Assembly (NCBI RefSeq): GCF_022846255.1
Contig: NZ_AP025682.1
Source of the DNA: Escherichia coli
GTDB taxonomy: Bacteria > Pseudomonadota > Gammaproteobacteria > Enterobacterales > Enterobacteriaceae
DNA length: 64,000 nucleotides
Direction: 5' to 3' (one strand)
In this document: in pieces, positions 12,500 to 24,141 of the stretch
Layout: every line of letters begins with the position of its first letter
How positions within the stretch are numbered: position 1 is the stretch's first letter
The notes under the pieces: model-generated
What the model was told of the DNA's origin: nothing
Databases searched by the model: none
Seen by the model: only the letters and a program-made list of their open reading frames with translations
Made by a program: the position numbers and the translations under genes

Positions 12500-14215
12500 T
12501 TACTCCACTTCCTGCCAGTTTTTCCGCTTACTGGTTTTACCGATCCCCGGATTCATACTGTTGGTCGGATCGTTCTCGCGATAAAACTTCTGCAACGTCT
12601 CCGGTGCTTTATACAAATGACCGACGTTATGTTCGGCAGGGTATTGCGCGCCGCGCTGCTGTAGCAGTTCCAGCATCTGTTCTTTCAACGCATGCACATC
12701 CACGCCTTTTTTAACGATGTAATCCTGATGGAAGACATAGCACATAAAATGGCCGTAATAGAGCTTGTGCACCAGCTGGCAGTCGATCTCCGGCGGTAAA
12801 TGCTCATACCACTCGGTGTCGTTACGCCGCAGAGCGATATCCAGTGCCAGAATGTCTTCGACTTCATCGGAATGCACCGCCTGATAACGAATTGCTGCGC
12901 CCGCAGCGGCGAAACGGTGTAAAAACGCTTTGCTGCCTTCCTCCGGCGTACAGACAAAGAAATCGCCTTCGGCCTGTTTGAAATAATCCACCAGCCACGA
13001 TTTGGCTTCACCGACGCCATCGCCCGCCATTTTTAACAGCAGATGATGTTCGTATTTATCGCGCCAGTTTTTCATGCGCGGCGGTAAATGGCTGGGGAAC
13101 AGGTGACCGAATTTTTGCATCGCACGGTCGGTAAAATGCGGACGGAAGAATTTCACTTTCTCCAGCATCGCATCGGTGCGCCCCTTGAGATTAAAGAAGA
13201 ACGGCATCTTGTCGGTGCCTAACTTATCAATCATCAGGAAGGTGTCTTTGCCGTATTTTTCCGCTATATCGTAGATATCCCGGTGCATATATTCCCCGGC
13301 AACCGGCAGATTTTCGAAATTAGCCAGAATATGACGGCGGATTTCGGTCAGTACTTCCGGCTGGTTGGTGCCGATATAAAACACCTGCTGATTTTTTTCC
13401 GCTTCGAAGGTATCAAGACGAACCGCAAAGACGGCCAGTTTTCCGGCGCAACCGGAGGATTCAAACAGGCGATCCGGGTCGGCGTTATAACGTGCGGGCG
13501 TGTCGGCTTCAATATCACGAACGCGGTGGACATAGTCATAATCGTGGGCGTGACGGCCATCGTGGCGCACATCGTCATCTTTGATGCGATCGTCATCCAG
13601 CTTGCTAAGGATCTGCTCCGGCGTTTCGCCCAGATCAATCCCCAGATGGTTCACCAGCGTCAGTTTGCCATCTTCATTTATACGCGCGAATAATGACATT
13701 TCGGTATACGCCGGGCCACGTTGCACCAGCGAGCCGCCCGAGTTGTTACAAATACCGCCGATGACCGATGCGCCTATACACGATGATCCAATCACTGAGT
13801 GCGGTTCGCGTCCCAGCGGTTTGAGGGCTTTTTCCAGTGAATAGAGCGTGGTGCCCGGATAGGCCAGCACTTGTTCGCCCTTGCCGAGAACGTGCAGCTT
13901 GTCGAGACGCAGGGTGCTGATGATCACGATATCGCGATCATAATCGTTACCGTTTGGCGTCGATCCTTCGGTCAGGCCTGTATTGGCAGCCTGCATCAGA
14001 ATAATTTTGTCAGCGGTGACGCAGGCTTTCAGCACCCGCCACAATTCCAGTAGTGAGCCAGGGAAAACGACAGCCAGCGCGTCGCCCTGACCAGAACGGA
14101 AGCCCTTGCGATAGCGGGCCGTTTTGGCGGGATCGGTGAGCAGGTGTGAATGACCGACCAGACGGGCAAGTTCATTCAAAAAGGCTTTATTATCAGTTGT
14201 TGTCATGGAAGACAT
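12500..14215 (-). CDS. dld: FAD-dependent D-lactate dehydrogenase (571 aa)
   Basis: ORF track 12500..14248; start at MSSMTTTDNKAF (14215); recognised as Dld. Confidence 0.92.
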   Translation of the reverse strand: MSSMTTTDNKAFLNELARLVGHSHLLTDPAKTARYRKGFRSGQGDALAVVFPGSLLELWRVLKACVTADKIILMQAANTGLTEGSTPNGNDYDRDIVIISTLRLDKLHVLGKGEQVLAYPGTTLYSLEKALKPLGREPHSVIGSSCIGASVIGGICNNSGGSLVQRGPAYTEMSLFARINEDGKLTLVNHLGIDLGETPEQILSKLDDDRIKDDDVRHDGRHAHDYDYVHRVRDIEADTPARYNADPDRLFESSGCAGKLAVFAVRLDTFEAEKNQQVFYIGTNQPEVLTEIRRHILANFENLPVAGEYMHRDIYDIAEKYGKDTFLMIDKLGTDKMPFFFNLKGRTDAMLEKVKFFRPHFTDRAMQKFGHLFPSHLPPRMKNWRDKYEHHLLLKMAGDGVGEAKSWLVDYFKQAEGDFFVCTPEEGSKAFLHRFAAAGAAIRYQAVHSDEVEDILALDIALRRNDTEWYEHLPPEIDCQLVHKLYYGHFMCYVFHQDYIVKKGVDVHALKEQMLELLQQRGAQYPAEHNVGHLYKAPETLQKFYRENDPTNSMNPGIGKTSKRKNWQEVE

Positions 14216-14410
14216 TTTCCACTCCTTGTGGTGGCGAAAAAATATCACAAACTAGAATAGCGCCTTGTATGACAATTCAGCGAGTGAATATTTTGAAAAT
14301 TCAGACAATAAACTGAGCATTCTTTTTCTCTCTCCATCATGCTTATGGCAAACTACGGTTTTTGCACCATTTTCGCTGCCACGTCGGGCAACAAAGGAAG
14401 AAAAATCCAT

Positions 14411-16708
14411 ATGAAATGGCTATGTTCAGTAGGAATCGCGGTGAGTCTGGCCCTGCAGCCAGCACTGGCGGATGATTTATTCGGCAACCATCCATTAACG
14501 CCCGAAGCGCGGGATGCGTTCGTCACCGAACTGCTTAAGAAAATGACAGTTGATGAGAAAATTGGTCAGCTGCGCTTAATCAGCGTCGGCCCGGATAACC
14601 CGAAAGAGGCGATCCGCGAGATGATCAAAGACGGTCAGGTTGGGGCGATTTTCAACACCGTAACCCGTCAGGATATCCGCGCCATGCAGGATCAGGTGAT
14701 GGAATTAAGCCGCCTGAAAATTCCTCTTTTCTTTGCTTACGACGTGCTGCACGGTCAGCGCACGGTGTTCCCGATTAGTCTCGGTCTGGCCTCGTCTTTT
14801 AACCTCGATGCGGTGAAAACAGTCGGGCGTGTCTCTGCTTATGAAGCGGCAGATGATGGCCTGAATATGACCTGGGCACCGATGGTCGATGTCTCGCGCG
14901 ATCCGCGCTGGGGACGTGCTTCCGAAGGTTTTGGCGAAGATACGTATCTCACCTCAATAATGGGCAAAACCATGGTGGAAGCGATGCAGGGTAAAAGCCC
15001 GGCAGAACGCTACTCAGTGATGACCAGCGTCAAACACTTTGCCGCTTATGGCGCGGTAGAAGGCGGTAAAGAGTACAACACCGTCGATATGAGTCCGCAG
15101 CGCCTGTTTAATGATTATATGCCGCCGTACAAAGCGGGGCTGGACGCAGGTAGCGGTGCGGTGATGGTGGCGCTGAACTCGCTGAACGGCACGCCAGCCA
15201 CCTCCGATTCCTGGCTGCTGAAAGATGTTCTGCGCGACCAGTGGGGCTTTAAAGGCATCACTGTTTCCGATCACGGTGCAATCAAAGAGCTGATTAAACA
15301 TGGCACGGCGGCAGACCCGGAAGATGCGGTGCGCGTGGCGCTGAAATCCGGAATCAACATGAGCATGAGCGACGAGTACTACTCGAAGTATCTGCCTGGG
15401 TTGATCAAATCCGGCAAAGTGACGATGGCAGAGCTGGACGATGCTGCCCGCCATGTACTGAACGTTAAATATGATATGGGATTGTTTAACGACCCATACA
15501 GCCATTTGGGGCCGAAAGAGTCTGACCCGGTGGATACCAATGCCGAAAGCCGCCTGCACCGTAAAGAAGCGCGTGAAGTGGCGCGCGAAAGCCTGGTGTT
15601 GCTGAAAAACCGTCTCGAAACGCTGCCGCTGAAAAAATCTGCAACCATTGCGGTGGTTGGCCCGCTGGCAGACAGCAAGCGTGACGTGATGGGAAGCTGG
15701 TCGGCAGCAGGTGTCGCCGATCAATCTGTTACTGTGCTAACAGGGATTAAAAACGCCGTCGGTGAGAACGGTAAAGTGCTGTATGCCAAAGGGGCGAACG
15801 TTACCAGTGACAAAGGCATTATCGATTTCCTGAATCAGTATGAAGAAGCGGTCAAAGTCGATCCGCGTTCGCCGCAAGAGATGATTGATGAAGCGGTGCA
15901 AACCGCGAAACAATCTGATGTGGTGGTGGCTGTAGTCGGTGAAGCACAGGGGATGGCGCACGAGGCTTCCAGCCGTACCGATATCACTATTCCGCAAAGC
16001 CAACGTGACTTGATTGCGGCGCTGAAAGCCACCGGTAAACCGCTGGTGCTGGTGCTGATGAATGGGCGTCCGCTGGCGCTGGTGAAAGAAGATCAGCAGG
16101 CTGATGCGATTCTGGAAACCTGGTTTGCGGGGACTGAAGGGGGGAATGCGATTGCCGATGTGTTGTTTGGCGATTATAACCCGTCCGGCAAGCTGCCGAT
16201 GTCCTTCCCGCGTTCTGTCGGGCAGATCCCTGTGTACTACAGCCATCTGAATACCGGGCGTCCGTATAATGCCGACAAGCCGAACAAATACACTTCGCGT
16301 TATTTTGATGAAGCTAACGGGGCGCTTTATCCGTTCGGCTATGGTCTGAGCTACACCACTTTCACCGTCTCTGATGTGAAACTTTCCGCGCCGACCATGA
16401 AGCGTGACGGCAAAGTGACCGCCAGTGTGCAGGTGACGAACACCGGTAAGCGCGAAGGGGCGACGGTAGTGCAGATGTACTTGCAGGATGTGACGGCTTC
16501 CATGAGTCGTCCGGTGAAGCAGCTGAAAGGCTTTGAGAAAATCACCCTGAAACCGGGCGAAACTCAGACCGTCAGCTTCCCGATTGATATCGAGGCGCTG
16601 AAGTTCTGGAATCAACAGATGAAATATGACGCCGAGCCTGGCAAGTTTAATGTCTTTATCGGCACTGATTCCGCACGCGTTAAGAAAGGCGAGTTTGAGT
16701 TGCTGTAA
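14411..16708 (+). CDS. bglX: Periplasmic beta-glucosidase (GH3), 765 aa
   Basis: ORF track 14339..16708; start at MKWLCSVGIAVSLALQPALA (signal peptide); recognised as BglX. Confidence 0.92.
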   Translation: MKWLCSVGIAVSLALQPALADDLFGNHPLTPEARDAFVTELLKKMTVDEKIGQLRLISVGPDNPKEAIREMIKDGQVGAIFNTVTRQDIRAMQDQVMELSRLKIPLFFAYDVLHGQRTVFPISLGLASSFNLDAVKTVGRVSAYEAADDGLNMTWAPMVDVSRDPRWGRASEGFGEDTYLTSIMGKTMVEAMQGKSPAERYSVMTSVKHFAAYGAVEGGKEYNTVDMSPQRLFNDYMPPYKAGLDAGSGAVMVALNSLNGTPATSDSWLLKDVLRDQWGFKGITVSDHGAIKELIKHGTAADPEDAVRVALKSGINMSMSDEYYSKYLPGLIKSGKVTMAELDDAARHVLNVKYDMGLFNDPYSHLGPKESDPVDTNAESRLHRKEAREVARESLVLLKNRLETLPLKKSATIAVVGPLADSKRDVMGSWSAAGVADQSVTVLTGIKNAVGENGKVLYAKGANVTSDKGIIDFLNQYEEAVKVDPRSPQEMIDEAVQTAKQSDVVVAVVGEAQGMAHEASSRTDITIPQSQRDLIAALKATGKPLVLVLMNGRPLALVKEDQQADAILETWFAGTEGGNAIADVLFGDYNPSGKLPMSFPRSVGQIPVYYSHLNTGRPYNADKPNKYTSRYFDEANGALYPFGYGLSYTTFTVSDVKLSAPTMKRDGKVTASVQVTNTGKREGATVVQMYLQDVTASMSRPVKQLKGFEKITLKPGETQTVSFPIDIEALKFWNQQMKYDAEPGKFNVFIGTDSARVKKGEFELL

Positions 16709-16717
16709 TGCTTTAGT

Positions 16718-16750
16718 AAGGGCGCGACGTCTGCGCCCTTTAAGTATTTA
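16718..16750 (+). terminator. Putative intrinsic terminator after bglX
   Basis: GC-rich stem aagggcgc/gcgccctt with 7-nt loop, followed by ttaagtattta. Confidence 0.45.
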
Positions 16751-16856
16751 TCTGATTCTGCAACTGAATCCTTCCGCTCAGGCTAACCCCGCCATTATCA
16801 ACTATGCTTTTCTCTTAATTCGCTGAAAACAACAGTAAAAGAATGAGGAAAGCATC

Positions 16857-17774
16857 ATGCCACTCTCAAAGGTCTGGGCAGGTTCACTGGTTTTGTTGGC
16901 AGCCGTGAGCCTGCCGCTACAGGCGGCTTCCCCCGTTAAGGTTGGTTCAAAAATCGATACGGAAGGCGCGCTGCTCGGCAATATCATTTTGCAGGTGCTG
17001 GAAAGTCACGGCGTTCCTACGGTAAATAAAGTGCAACTGGGAACGACTCCCGTAGTGCGCGGGGCGATCACTTCTGGCGAGCTGGATATCTATCCGGAAT
17101 ATACTGGCAATGGCGCGTTTTTCTTTAAAGATGAAAACGATACGGCATGGAAAAACGCGCAGCAAGGCTATGAGAAAGTCAAAAAACTCGATGCAGAGCA
17201 AAACAAGTTAATCTGGCTGACGCCCGCGCCTGCAAATAACACCTGGACCATCGCCGTGCGTCAGGATGTGGCAGAGAAAAACAAACTCACTTCGCTTGCC
17301 GAGCTGAGTCGTTATCTGAAAGAGGGCGGCAACTTCAAACTGGCAGCCTCGGCAGAGTTTATCGAACGTGCCGATGCCTTACCCGCGTTTGAAAAAGCCT
17401 ATGGCTTTAAGCTCGGTCAGGATCAGTTGCTGTCACTGGCCGGTGGTGACACGGCGGTGACGATCAAAGCCGCTGCCCAGCAAACTTCTGGTGTTAATGC
17501 CGCAATGGCTTACGGCACCGACGGCCCGGTTGCGGCGCTGGGGCTGCAAACCTTAAGCGATCCGCAAGGCGTGCAACCTATCTACGCGCCTGCGCCAGTG
17601 GTGCGTGAGTCGGTGCTGAAAGAGTATCCGCAAATAGCACAGTGGCTACAGCCAGTCTTCGCCAGCCTCGATGAAAAAACATTGCAGCAGCTGAATGCCA
17701 GCATTGCAGTGGAAGGACTGGATGCCAAAAAAGTGGCAGCCGACTACCTGAAACAAAAAGGGTGGACGAAGTAA
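16857..17774 (+). CDS. osmF: Periplasmic substrate-binding protein OsmF (YehZ) of the YehZYXW ABC transporter
   Basis: ORF track 16857..17774; signal peptide; recognised; first gene of a four-gene ABC operon. Confidence 0.9.
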   Translation: MPLSKVWAGSLVLLAAVSLPLQAASPVKVGSKIDTEGALLGNIILQVLESHGVPTVNKVQLGTTPVVRGAITSGELDIYPEYTGNGAFFFKDENDTAWKNAQQGYEKVKKLDAEQNKLIWLTPAPANNTWTIAVRQDVAEKNKLTSLAELSRYLKEGGNFKLAASAEFIERADALPAFEKAYGFKLGQDQLLSLAGGDTAVTIKAAAQQTSGVNAAMAYGTDGPVAALGLQTLSDPQGVQPIYAPAPVVRESVLKEYPQIAQWLQPVFASLDEKTLQQLNASIAVEGLDAKKVAADYLKQKGWTK

Positions 17775-17780
17775 TTTCCC

Positions 17781-18938
17781 GTGACTTATCTACGTATTAA
17801 TCCTGTTCTGGCGCTGCTGCTGTTGCTGACGGCAATCGCAGCGGCGCTGCCGTTTATCAGTTACGCACCTAATCGTTTAGTTTCGGGTGAGGGGCGTCAT
17901 CTCTGGCAGCTGTGGCCGCAAACTCTCTGGATGCTGGTGGGCGTTGGTTGCGCCTGGCTGACAGCCTGTTTTATTCCCGCTAAAAAAGGCAGCATTTTTG
18001 CACTCATTCTGGCGCAATTCGTCTTCGTATTGCTGGTGTGGGGAGCTGGAAAGGCGGCGACACAACTGGCGCAAAATGGCAGTGCGCTGGCGCGTACCAG
18101 CCTCGGCAGTGGTTTCTGGCTGGCTGCGGCGCTGGCACTGCTGGCCTGTAGCGATGCCATCCGCCGAATCTCCACGCATCCGCTGTGGCGCTGGTTGTTG
18201 CATATGCAGATTGCCATTATTCCGCTGTGGTTGCTGTACTCCGGCACGCTTAACGATCTCTCGTTAATGAAAGAATACGCCAACCGTCAGGATGTGTTTG
18301 ACGACGCGCTGGCACAACATCTGACGTTGCTGTTTGGTGCGGTGCTGCCTGCGTTAGTGATTGGTGTGCCGTTGGGCATCTGGTGCTACTTTTCCACCGC
18401 GCGGCAGGGGGCGATTTTTTCTCTGCTGAATGTCATTCAGACCGTGCCTTCGATAGCGCTCTTTGGCCTGTTGATTGCGCCGCTTGCCGCGCTGGTTACG
18501 GCCTTTCCGTGGCTGGGAACGCTCGGCATAGCAGGAACCGGAATGACACCCGCACTGATTGCACTGGTGCTCTATGCCCTGTTACCGCTGGTGCGCGGCG
18601 TAGTAGTCGGCTTGAACCAGATCCCGCGCGATGTGCTGGAGAGCGCCAGAGCGATGGGGATGAGCGGGACGCAGCGTTTCCTGCATGTTCAGTTACCGCT
18701 GGCGTTACCGGTATTTCTGCGCAGCCTGCGGGTGGTGATGGTGCAAACCGTTGGCATGGCGGTGATTGCGGCGTTAATCGGCGCAGGCGGTTTTGGTGCG
18801 CTGGTTTTTCAGGGGCTGTTAAGCAGTGCCATTGATTTAGTGTTGCTGGGGGTGATCCCGGTAATTGTTCTGGCGGTGCTTACCGACGCGCTGTTCGATT
18901 TGCTTATCGCACTGCTGAAGGTGAAACGTAATGATTGA
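17781..18938 (+). CDS. yehY: ABC transporter permease YehY (GTG start)
   Basis: ORF track 17781..18938; polytopic permease; overlaps yehX start. Confidence 0.88.
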   Translation: MTYLRINPVLALLLLLTAIAAALPFISYAPNRLVSGEGRHLWQLWPQTLWMLVGVGCAWLTACFIPAKKGSIFALILAQFVFVLLVWGAGKAATQLAQNGSALARTSLGSGFWLAAALALLACSDAIRRISTHPLWRWLLHMQIAIIPLWLLYSGTLNDLSLMKEYANRQDVFDDALAQHLTLLFGAVLPALVIGVPLGIWCYFSTARQGAIFSLLNVIQTVPSIALFGLLIAPLAALVTAFPWLGTLGIAGTGMTPALIALVLYALLPLVRGVVVGLNQIPRDVLESARAMGMSGTQRFLHVQLPLALPVFLRSLRVVMVQTVGMAVIAALIGAGGFGALVFQGLLSSAIDLVLLGVIPVIVLAVLTDALFDLLIALLKVKRND

Positions 18939-19857
18939 ATTTAGCCATGTCAGCAAACTGATCGGCGCACAAAAAGCCGTTAACGATCTCAATCTCAATT
19001 TTCAGGAAGGGAGTTTTTCGGTGCTGATTGGCACATCTGGCTCCGGCAAATCCACCACCCTGAAAATGATTAATCGCCTGGTGGAGCATGACAGCGGCGT
19101 GATCCGCTTTGCCGGAGAAGAAATTCGTTCGCTGCCAGTGCTGGAGCTGCGCCGCCGGATGGGCTATGCCATTCAATCTATTGGCCTGTTTCCCCACTGG
19201 AGCGTGGCGCAAAACATTGCCACCGTGCCGCAATTACAAAAATGGTCGCGGGCGCGGATCGACGATCGTATCGACGAATTAATGGCGCTGCTGGGGCTGG
19301 AGCCGGATTTGCGTGAGCGTTATCCGCATCAGCTTTCCGGCGGTCAGCAGCAACGTGTGGGAGTGGCCCGCGCGCTGGCTGCCGATCCGCAAGTCTTGCT
19401 GATGGATGAGCCATTCGGCGCACTGGACCCGGTAACGCGTGGCGCGTTGCAACAAGAGATGACGCGCATTCACCGTTTGCTGGGGCGCACTATTGTGCTG
19501 GTCACTCATGATATTGATGAGGCGCTACGGCTGGCAGAACATCTGGTATTGATGGATCACGGTGAAGTGGTGCAGCAGGGCAATCCGCTGACGATGCTGA
19601 CTCGTCCGGCGAATGATTTTGTTCGCCAGTTTTTTGGACGTAGTGAACTGGGTGTGCATCTGCTTTCGTTACGTAGCGTGGCGGATTACGTGCGCCGTGA
19701 AGAACGGGCTGAAGGTGAGGCACTGGAAGAAAGGATGACGCTACGCGATGCGCTCTCCCTGTTTGTTGTGCGGGGATGCGAAGTGCTGCCGGTGGTGAAC
19801 ACGCAGGGGCAGCCTTGCGGCACACTGCATTTTCAGGATCTACTGGTGGAGGCGTGA
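18931..19857 (+). CDS. yehX: ABC transporter ATP-binding protein YehX
   Basis: ORF track 18931..19857; Walker [13 protein letters not shown] signature LSGGQQQR, Walker B LLMDEP. Confidence 0.92.
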   Translation: MIEFSHVSKLIGAQKAVNDLNLNFQEGSFSVLIGTSGSGKSTTLKMINRLVEHDSGVIRFAGEEIRSLPVLELRRRMGYAIQSIGLFPHWSVAQNIATVPQLQKWSRARIDDRIDELMALLGLEPDLRERYPHQLSGGQQQRVGVARALAADPQVLLMDEPFGALDPVTRGALQQEMTRIHRLLGRTIVLVTHDIDEALRLAEHLVLMDHGEVVQQGNPLTMLTRPANDFVRQFFGRSELGVHLLSLRSVADYVRREERAEGEALEERMTLRDALSLFVVRGCEVLPVVNTQGQPCGTLHFQDLLVEA

Positions 19858-19861
19858 GTGT

Positions 19862-20593
19862 ATGAAGATGTTGCGCGATCCGCTCTTCTGGCTCATTGCT
19901 CTGTTTGTGGTGCTGATTTTCTGGCTACCCTATAGCCAGCCGCTGTTCGGTGCTTTATTTCCGCAGCTGCCACGGCCCGTTTATCAGCAAGAAAGTTTTG
20001 CAGCTCTGGCGCTGGCTCATTTCTGGCTGGTGGGGATCTCAAGTTTGTTTGCTGTAATTATCGGCGTTGGTGCCGGAGTTGCCGTCACTCGCCCGTGGGG
20101 AGCAGCGTTTCGCCCGATGGTAGAAACCATTGCCGCCGTTGGGCAGACTTTTCCACCTGTAGCGGTGCTGGCGATTGCCGTTCCGGTGATGGGGTTTGGT
20201 CTGCAACCGGCGATTATCGCGCTGATCCTTTACGGCGTGCTACCCATCTTGCAGGCGACACTTGCCGGGCTGGGAGCGATTGATGCCAGCGTGACAGAAG
20301 TTGCGAAAGGTATGGGAATGAGTCGTGGTCAGCGACTGCGTAAGGTCGAGCTACCGCTGGCGGCTCCGGTGATTCTGGCGGGCGTGCGAACTTCGGTGAT
20401 TATCAACATTGGTACGGCGACGATCGCCTCAACGGTAGGGGCCAGCACGCTGGGTACGCCGATCATCATCGGGCTTAGCGGATTTAATACCGCGTATGTG
20501 ATCCAGGGGGCGTTACTGGTGGCACTGGCGGCGATCATCGCAGACCGCCTGTTTGAAAGGCTGGTGCAGGCGTTCAGCCAGCACGCAAAATAA
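19862..20593 (+). CDS. yehW: ABC transporter permease YehW
   Basis: ORF track 19862..20593; membrane permease. Confidence 0.88.
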
Positions 20594-20681
20594 AGGTATA
20601 ACCTGCGAGCATGACGCCACCAATTCCGCCTAACGCCATAAACAGGAACAGGGCGATGACCCCAATTTTAGCTATGCGCAT
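20574..20681 (-). CDS. yohO: Small membrane protein YohO (35 aa)
   Basis: Reverse complement of 20574..20681 translates [35 protein letters not shown]; recalled as the K-12 small protein YohO; 3' end overlaps yehW 3' end by about 20 bp. Confidence 0.65.
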
Positions 20682-20740
20682 AATGCACTCCTTATGTTAA
20701 CGAAAGGATTGTACAGTAAAGCGCATTTGTTAACGAATCA

Positions 20741-21472
20741 TTAAATGCCGAGTGGGAAAATATCATGGCCTTGTTCCTGCCAACTGGTGAGTTGCTGCTG
20801 TTGGGCAGAGGTTCGATTTTCACCGCACCACACCAGCAATGTACGGCCTTCGAACAGTTCAGGGCGTAGTTGATTGAGCGAGTGAGCGAGGACATCAATG
20901 CGCCATCCTTGTTGACTGGCAATCCAGCCCTCCAGCCACAGACGGGTGGTATCGTGAATATTCCAGCCAACCACCAGCGCATCTTTACCCTGTTTTTTAC
21001 GTGCCGAAGCCAGACAAATGGCGATGTAGTTGATCAGTACGCCGTCGAGGATCGCCAGCAGCGCCTGGAGAGTCGGTTGTTGGCACTGAAGCCGTCGGCG
21101 CAGAGGAATAAACAGATGTGTGGTGAGTGTCTGGGCGGGGTAATCCTGACCGCGCTCTTTGATCCACGTTCGCAGGCTATGCAGATTGCCGCTTTGCAGG
21201 TAAGTCAGTAATGTTTCTTGCTGATCGCGCCAGCCGTTCTGCACATCAACATTTTCATTACTGAGCAGCATTTTTACTTTGCTGACCTGCACGCCGTTGT
21301 CGATCCAGCGTTTGATCTCGCGGATCCGGTCAATATCGGCATCGTTGAACAGCCGATGACCGCCGTCTGTCCGTTGTGGTTTCAGCAATCCGTAACGCCT
21401 CTGCCACGCGCGTAACGTGACAGGGTTAATATCACAAAGCAACGCCACTTCACCAATTGTGTAAAGCGCCAT
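20741..21472 (-). CDS. mlrA: MerR-family transcriptional regulator MlrA (csgD activator)
   Basis: ORF track 20741..21472; N-terminal MerR HTH (MALYTIGEVALLCDINPVTLRAWQRRYGLL). Confidence 0.9.
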   Translation of the reverse strand: MALYTIGEVALLCDINPVTLRAWQRRYGLLKPQRTDGGHRLFNDADIDRIREIKRWIDNGVQVSKVKMLLSNENVDVQNGWRDQQETLLTYLQSGNLHSLRTWIKERGQDYPAQTLTTHLFIPLRRRLQCQQPTLQALLAILDGVLINYIAICLASARKKQGKDALVVGWNIHDTTRLWLEGWIASQQGWRIDVLAHSLNQLRPELFEGRTLLVWCGENRTSAQQQQLTSWQEQGHDIFPLGI

Positions 21473-21693
21473 CGTCTCACCCTTGCTCGCGAGGTCCCGG
21501 TTTAACTTTAGACGCAGTTTTGCGAACCAGGTAGTTTTGCCCGTTTTTTGTGCATCTATAGGGTGATTTTATTTTTGCCAGGCGATTTTGAGTGATCGTA
21601 CTCACGAATTCTCATTTTTCTGCAAGAGTTCAAAGAAAGTTAAACGCAAGCAATGTATGTTACGCGTTTTAAAGGGAAGTGTGGTTTGCGGGT

Positions 21694-23379
21694 ATGTACG
21701 ATTTTAATCTGGTGTTGCTGCTGCTTCAGCAGATGTGCGTTTTTTTAGTCATTGCGTGGTTAATGAGTAAAACGCCATTATTCATACCGTTAATGCAGGT
21801 CACGGTTCGTCTGCCGCATAAATTTCTCTGCTACATCGTCTTTTCCATCTTCTGCATCATGGGCACCTGGTTTGGGTTGCACATTGACGATTCTATTGCC
21901 AATACCCGTGCGATAGGTGCGGTAATGGGCGGCTTACTCGGCGGTCCGGTCGTCGGTGGGCTGGTTGGTCTGACCGGCGGGTTACATCGATATTCGATGG
22001 GGGGCATGACCGCGCTAAGTTGCATGATCTCGACCATCGTTGAAGGATTGCTCGGCGGCCTGGTACACAGCATCCTGATCCGTCGCGGGCGCACTGATAA
22101 AGTCTTTAACCCCATTACCGCCGGTGCCGTCACGTTCGTCGCTGAAATGGTGCAAATGTTGATCATCCTGGCGATCGCCCGACCTTATGAAGATGCGGTG
22201 CGTCTGGTGAGTAATATTGCTGCGCCAATGATGGTCACCAATACCGTCGGCGCGGCACTGTTTATGCGTATATTGCTCGATAAACGCGCGATGTTTGAAA
22301 AATACACTTCGGCTTTTTCTGCCACTGCGCTGAAAGTGGCGGCCTCGACGGAAGGCATTTTGCGCCAGGGGTTTAACGAAGTGAACAGCATGAAAGTGGC
22401 ACAGGTGCTGTATCAGGAGCTGGATATTGGTGCAGTCGCGATTACCGATCGAGAGAAATTGCTGGCCTTTACCGGAATTGGTGACGACCACCATTTACCC
22501 GGCAAACCAATTTCTTCGACTTATACCTTAAAAGCGATTGAAACCGGTGAAGTGGTCTACGCTGATGGCAACGAAGTGCCTTACCGTTGCTCTTTGCATC
22601 CGCAATGCAAACTGGGGTCGACGCTGGTCATTCCGTTGCGTGGTGAAAATCAGCGAGTGATGGGTACCATCAAATTGTATGAAGCCAAAAACCGTTTATT
22701 CAGTTCAATCAACCGCACGCTGGGCGAGGGGATTGCGCAACTGCTTTCGGCGCAGATCCTCGCCGGGCAATATGAGCGGCAAAAAGCGATGCTCACCCAG
22801 TCAGAGATCAAACTGCTTCACGCCCAGGTGAATCCCCATTTTTTGTTTAATGCGCTTAACACCATTAAAGCGGTGATCCGCCGCGACAGCGAACAGGCCA
22901 GCCAGCTGGTGCAGTATCTTTCTACTTTTTTCCGCAAAAACTTAAAGCGGCCTTCGGAGTTTGTTACTCTCGCCGACGAAATTGAACATGTGAACGCTTA
23001 TCTGCAAATTGAAAAGGCGCGCTTCCAGTCGCGGTTGCAGGTCAACATTGCTATTCCGCAAGAATTATCCCAGCAGCAATTGCCCGCGTTTACCCTGCAA
23101 CCGATAGTGGAAAACGCCATTAAACATGGGACATCACAACTGCTGGATACAGGGCGAGTGGCAATCAGCGCCCGACGTGAGGGGCAACATTTGATGCTGG
23201 AGATCGAAGACAATGCCGGTTTGTATCAACCGGTAACCAATGCCAGTGGGCTGGGGATGAATCTGGTGGATAAGCGTTTACGTGAACGGTTTGGCGATGA
23301 CTATGGGATAAGCGTCGCCTGTGAGCCTGATAGTTACACCCGAATAACGTTACGACTACCATGGAGGGACGAGGCATGA
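21694..23379 (+). CDS. btsS: LytS-type sensor histidine kinase BtsS (YehU), 561 aa
   Basis: ORF track 21679..23379; start at [11 protein letters not shown]; N-terminal membrane domain and C-terminal kinase domain. Confidence 0.9.
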
Positions 23380-24095
23380 TTAAAGTCTTAATTGTCGATG
23401 ATGAACCGTTAGCACGGGAGAACCTGCGCGTATTTTTGCAGGAGCAGAGCGATATTGAAATCGTTGGAGAGTGTTCAAACGCCGTAGAAGGGATCGGCGC
23501 GGTGCATAAACTGCGCCCGGATGTGCTGTTTCTCGATATCCAGATGCCGCGCATCAGTGGTCTGGAAATGGTGGGGATGCTCGACCCGGAACATCGCCCG
23601 TATATTGTTTTTCTCACCGCGTTTGACGAATACGCCATTAAAGCCTTTGAAGAACATGCCTTTGATTATCTGCTGAAGCCAATTGATGAAGCGCGACTGG
23701 AGAAAACGCTGGCGCGATTGCGTCAGGAGCGCAGCAAGCAGGATGTTTCGCTGTTACCGGAAAATCAACAGGCGCTGAAATTTATCCCTTGTACGGGGCA
23801 TAGTCGGATTTATTTGCTGCAAATGAAAGATGTGGCATTTGTCAGCAGTCGGATGAGCGGTGTCTACGTGACCAGTCACGAAGGGAAAGAGGGCTTTACC
23901 GAACTGACATTACGTACCCTGGAAAGTCGTACACCACTACTGCGCTGCCATCGTCAGTATCTGGTTAACCTCGCGCATTTACAGGAGATCCGTCTGGAAG
24001 ATAACGGCCAGGCCGAGTTGATTTTGCGTAATGGCTTAACCGTGCCGGTCAGCCGCCGTTATCTGAAAAGCTTAAAAGAGGCGATTGGCCTGTAA
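23376..24095 (+). CDS. btsR: LytTR-family response regulator BtsR (YehT), 239 aa
   Basis: ORF track 23361..24095; start at [16 protein letters not shown] (receiver domain); ATGA overlap with btsS stop. Confidence 0.9.
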
Positions 24096-24141
24096 AAGAC
24101 TGCTAAAATGGCTTTTTGCCTCATCAACACCTGAAGGCCTC

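Noticed and set aside
15737-16615. 292-aa minus-strand ORF (also 15014..15724, 236 aa) inside bglX
   Set aside because: Lies entirely antisense to the well-supported bglX coding sequence; Arg/His-rich translation with no recognisable domain, typical of spurious antisense frames in GC-rich coding DNA.
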